Shown: positions 36,122-40,236 of the stretch, one piece after another
How the letters are laid out: every line of letters starts with the position of its first letter
How positions within the stretch are numbered: position 1 is the stretch's first letter
Assembly: GCA_013265495.1 (NCBI GenBank)
Contig: MU057847.1
Coordinates: forward strand, 369,925 to 410,160
DNA: 40,236 nucleotides
Direction of reading: 5' to 3'
Source of the DNA: Vicugna vicugna
Lineage: Eukaryota
Notes under the pieces: model-generated
The model's database searches: none
Seen by the model: only the letters and a program-made list of their open reading frames with translations
Told to the model about the DNA's origin: nothing
Program-made: the position numbers and the translations under genes

Positions 36122-36375
36122 AGGGGGCGGAGGGTGGGAAGGGATAGACTGGGATTTCAAAATTGTAGAATAGATAAACAAGATTATACTGTATAGCACA
36201 GGGAAATATACACAAGATCTTATGGTAGCTCACAGAGAAAAAAATGCAACAATGAATATATATATGTTCATGTATAACTGAAAAATTGTGCTCTACACTG
36301 GAATTTGACACAACATTGTAAAATGATTATAAATCAATAAAAAATGTTAAATAAATAAATAAATAAAATGTAAAA
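36122..36375 (+). mobile_element. Young 5'-truncated camelid-type L1 3' end with 13-bp TSD
   Basis: TSD AAAAAATGCTCTT at 36109-36121 and 36376-36388; AATAAA plus (TAAA)n tail. Confidence 0.93.
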
Positions 36376-37314
36376 AAAAAATGCTCTTGTCCCTTAAAAG
36401 ATAGTACATGAGATTTTTCTCGTAGTTGTTGGGCCATATGGTTCATGAATGAAAACAGTCTTTTAAAAACTAAGTTACTGCCATGGCTAGTTTTTAGATC
36501 AGACAGGCCTGAAGTGTTTTCCACTCATAGCCAGAAATAGAAACTGAAGGAACACATGATGGTTTTGTTACATAACTAAAGAAAACTATGTAGAAAGTTA
36601 GTTTTTTCAATAATGAAAGGAACTTCTCTAGTGGGAAATCTTTGAGATTTTTTTGTACCCTGAGTATTTCATATATTCCTCTGGACTCTAAATATGAAAT
36701 TTTATGAAATTTTTGTTGTACTTTAGAAAAAAAATAAAAGGGAAAATGTTGGTTTGAATAGACAACTTTTGGTGACACCTTATGAAAGATTAGATGATAG
36801 CCTAAGATAGAAGGCATTCAGGCGCTTCCTATTAAAATTCACACACTGAAATCCTCCACAGAGTTATACTGCAGACACAAGGAGGAAATGGGCAAATTAA
36901 AAACTATTTCCTCAACTCTGAAGATGATTAATGTGGTAAGAAATTCCCTAAAATTCATTGGCATGGCTAGTCTGTAGCTTTTGAGGTCAGGCTCCTTTCA
37001 ATGCCAGACGTCCTCTGCAGGACTGCAAGTCATTGCCTCGGGGCTTCAAAATTACTCCATGTTTTCTGTTTGCGGCTCAGGGAAAGTCTCCAGCAGTTTG
37101 ATGTGAGTTAAGTTAGTACGTAAACCATTTCTGAGTGCTTGATAATGAATGAGCCATGTGTCTTTCTTTCGTAGTTTGATTGGAAAGGACCTCTCCAGGG
37201 GAGAGCAGGGAGGCAGAGGTATGGGCTAGGGGCTAATTCCTCGAGGTAGGGGAAGAGGCCAGCAATGTGTACTGGCTACATCTGCAAGGGAGTGGGGATG
37301 CCTAATAAAAAAGA

Positions 37315-37545
37315 ATATAGCTACCATGTATTGCATGCTTACTCTGTACATGTTAACAGTCAGGCACAACTCCAAACACTTTTCATGTAACAGCCCTCGC
37401 AACATCCTTAAGAAGCAGCACTATTATTACTATCCCCATTTTACAGATTATAAAACTGAGGCTCACAGAGACGCAATTTGCCCCAAATCACACTGCCAGT
37501 AACAAAGAGAGCCAGGATTTGAACCTGGGCAGTGTGGCTCCAGAA
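37315..37545 (-). mobile_element. MIR SINE
   Basis: tatccccattttacagattataaaactgaggctcacagag...gccaggatttgaacctgggcagt. Confidence 0.85.
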
Positions 37546-37592
37546 AAGAATAAGCTGTGGAGTGGTGAGGGCAAAAGATATAGAATTTATAC

Positions 37593-37791
37593 CAGCACTG
37601 TCCCAGAAAGTTTTCTGGGATTATAGAAATGTTTGATATCTATACTGTCTAATACAGGAGCTGCTAGCCATATATGAAACTGCCTAGTAAGACTGAGCAA
37701 CTGAAGTTTTAATTCAGTTTAATTTTAATTAATTTAAATGAAAATGTAAACAGTCACATGTGATTAGTGGCTCCTGTCTTGGACAGCACAG
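37593..37791. mobile_element. MER3-like hAT-Charlie MITE
   Basis: TIRs cagcactgtcc / ggacagcacag; tttaattttaattaatttaaat. Confidence 0.82.
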
Positions 37792-38649
37792 GTCTGTATT
37801 ACAGAGAGTCCCGCTGATGACCGACCCTGGGAACGTGTATGACAAGAAGTGGTATCCCTGATGCCCACCTACTCGGGTGCCAGTGAACCCCCATTCTCTT
37901 GGGATAGCTTCTTGCGCCACCTCTGACAGTTGTAGCTTATCCCCTGCACCAAGCATCAACTAAGGGCTGACACCACCTGCTGTCAGCTTTGGCAAGATGA
38001 TGCTACATCAGCCCAGAAGAGGACTGCTTCAGCCCAGAGGAAGAAGGATGCTTTTCGAATTGGTCAGTTCAATTTTTTGTTATTTCTTCATCCAGAGAGG
38101 GTACTGGTTTTGTAATTTGCATAAAGATTTGTTTTGGCCTAGTACATGCCTCAGGCATTTACCTATCTTTGTCTTATAAGAACTTGAAGGACTAGGTCAC
38201 CATTTACCTCCAGCACCACCTTGATTTATATATTTGGGTTACTTTCCTGTAGAGTCTGCCATGGACTGAGATAGTGTTAGGACTTCTTCCCTTCCTTTCC
38301 GTGCCCCTTCTATAGACAGACTCTTTACAGGTTTTCCCTGTGATTTCCCTATTTCCCAGGAAAAGCAAGATTTAAGAGCATAATGAACACAGGGATATTA
38401 CCAGCTAATAAGACATCTTAAAGGCCTGAAGTAACTGCTCTCTCCAGACTTCACCGCAACTTCACCAGAGTCAGGCTACTCTTTTTAAGGCTTGGTTCTC
38501 AGGCCCCTTCACTAGCAATTCTTTGGGGAGTCAGATCTACTCAATCCTTCTCTCTTTTTATTCCTGAACTATAATGCTCCTGAATTGCTTATCCCTCCTA
38601 AGTCCTCACCCCAACCCCCCAAATTCTCCAGCTTTGTATCCTACCAAGC

Positions 38650-39225
38650 ACTCAAAACTTCTTTATGGAACACCTACCGCGTGTCAGGCACCAGGGGAAA
38701 CTAGAGACAGGCCCTGCTCGCAAGGGAGATGGCAGGCATAGGAGGGCTCCCACTAAGTAAACAGGAAATGACAACAAAGTGTGCTGAGTATTATGACATG
38801 GGAAGGTGCAAAGTACAGCGGTACACGATGACCAGGCACGCATCTAGACTGGAGAGGTCAAGGAAGCCTTTCTGGAAGGGAAGTGACATCTGGGCTGATA
38901 TAAGGAGGATAAATAAGAGGCATCCAGGTGGAAGGGCAAGGCCTGGGCGGCGACGGGACGCAGAATGCTTTCACTATTCTGGCTGAATGTTCTGTTTGGA
39001 TTCCACAATTCTGTTTGTTTGCAGAGTTTGAGGAACTAAAAGAAGGTCAGCGTGGGCTGGGTGGTAGGTGCAAGAGGGGTAGGGGGTGCATGGAGGGAGA
39101 TGAGACTGAGGCTAGAGAGACAGGCAGTGGCCTGAGCAGAAAAGGCTTTGCCTGTCGTGCTCAAGAGTTTGGACTTTATGCCACAGCCACCAGCCAGCCA
39201 CTGGAGGGTTTTAAATAAAGGAGAA
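38650..39225 (-). mobile_element. L2 fragment
   Basis: ttatggaacacctaccgcgtgtcaggcac...gagtttggactttat...agccactggagggttttaa. Confidence 0.8.
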
Positions 39226-39689
39226 ACAACAGGTACCATAAGTGGACAAGTGAAACTACAAAACCTCAAATGAGAATTATCTGTATGGGGGAGAGGGGAG
39301 CCTTTAGACTGAACCACACAACCTCAGTGCCATCTGGCTTCACCTGCTGTGCTTCTCAACTTGCCCAGGAGAGGAGAGTGAATGCAAATCCCTGGGCAAC
39401 TATAGCCATGAGTGTGTTCACATACCAAAACAACTCTTCATCAACTCATCGGGCAAAATGGACATTCCAGGATGAAAGGCCACGTTTATCCCACAGCTTC
39501 AGAAGCCCTGGACACACCCGTCCCACACTCCACTCTCTGAGATGCAGTCTGAATGAACAATGATTGAAAGGGGGACAAGGCCACACAAAGAGCAGACGGC
39601 CCACGCTAGATCTCCTGCTTCTCCACCTGGAATCACATGGACTAAATACCCCCGGCTCCCCAGCACCAGCCTCCAGCCTTGGAGACACC

Positions 39690-39962
39690 CCTCACCCGTG
39701 CAGTCCACCCCCTTCATCAAAGCCTCTAGCTTCGCTCGGCCACCACCCCAAGCTCTGCCTTCGCTTCTCACCGAGCTTGCCTATCCCTCTAAGCCTCCAT
39801 CACGTTCTCTTATTTCTATATGGGTAACTGTGTCAGGCACTGTCTCCTCTACATTTGAAGCTTTAGGAGTGAAGAGCCATGTTTATATGTTTCTTATCTC
39901 TGCTGCCCGTTCAGTGCTTTACCCACAACACGTGCTAAAGATTTACTGAACTGAACTGATTA
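39690..39962 (+). mobile_element. L2 3' tail, diverged
   Basis: tgaagctttaggagtgaagagccatgt...gtgctaaagatttactgaactgaactga. Confidence 0.6.
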
Positions 39963-40236
39963 ACCTGGTACTTTCTTCCTTGTTCTGTTGTTAATAATTC
40001 TTGGCTCCAAAGTAAAGTAAATGATTAAAGATTAACTTAGAAATTTAAGAAGTTCTGTAGTTACAAATATAAGTTATTTGGAGGGGAGCAAAACTACTTT
40101 AACCCTGAGGAATGATACAATTTTCGTTCTGAAAGGTAGATACCAATCACTCCTACACTGCTGGTGGATACGTAAAATAGTGCAGCTGAATTTTATAAAA
40201 CTAAGTATGCAATTACCATATGACCCAGCAGTTACA

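Larger units (their letters stand above)
6975..40236 (-). other. IL13RA1: IL13RA1 gene body, 3' part (intron 4 to 3' end; exons 1-4 outside the window to the right)
   Basis: Seven spliced exons translate to a continuous IL-13Ralpha1 C-terminal protein; no exon 4 peptide (ELQCIWHNLSYM-like) found between 33188 and 40236. Confidence 0.96.

Noticed and set aside
10590..36375. Most intronic L1s are antisense to IL13RA1
   Set aside because: Well-known genome-wide orientation bias
9753..38362. STAT6-type TTC-N4-GAA motifs (9753, 16099, 32891, 34360, 38353) as a feedback circuit
   Set aside because: About ten are expected by chance in 40 kb, and they are not clustered
38652..39949. Cluster of overlapping 60-129 aa ORFs
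   Set aside because: Mostly in L2 remnants and GC-richer intron; no recognisable protein, and not IL13RA1 exon 4

Overview
Repeat-rich mammalian genomic DNA, most likely camelid (a tRNA-Ala-derived Vic-1-type SINE and camelid-type L1 3' ends are present). The window holds the 3' part of IL13RA1 (interleukin-13 receptor alpha 1, X-linked in eutherians) on the minus strand. Seven coding exons (5-11 by human numbering; 188, 152, 48, 133, 97, 85 and 93 coding nt) all have GT-AG boundaries and stay in frame, encoding D2/D3 with WSNWS, the TM helix, Box1 and the C-terminus. A ~2.4-kb 3' UTR ends near an AATAAA at 6999-7004; exons 1-4 lie beyond the right edge. The rest is L1/HAL1, L2, MIR, CR1, MLT1 LTRs, MER DNA transposons and microsatellites; repeat family calls are from recalled consensus and their limits are approximate. 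No prokaryote-style system is present. Best leads: (1) the distal cytoplasmic tyrosine is Cys (YDICEKQ instead of YDIYEKQ), removing the YxxQ motif; (2) a strong 97-nt exon-like unit downstream of the poly(A) site, open only in the phase left by exon 10; (3) intronic poly(A) read-through candidates for soluble or decoy isoforms; (4) a 33-nt candidate poison microexon; (5) a double-tailed L1 insertion 20 nt from the exon 10 donor.
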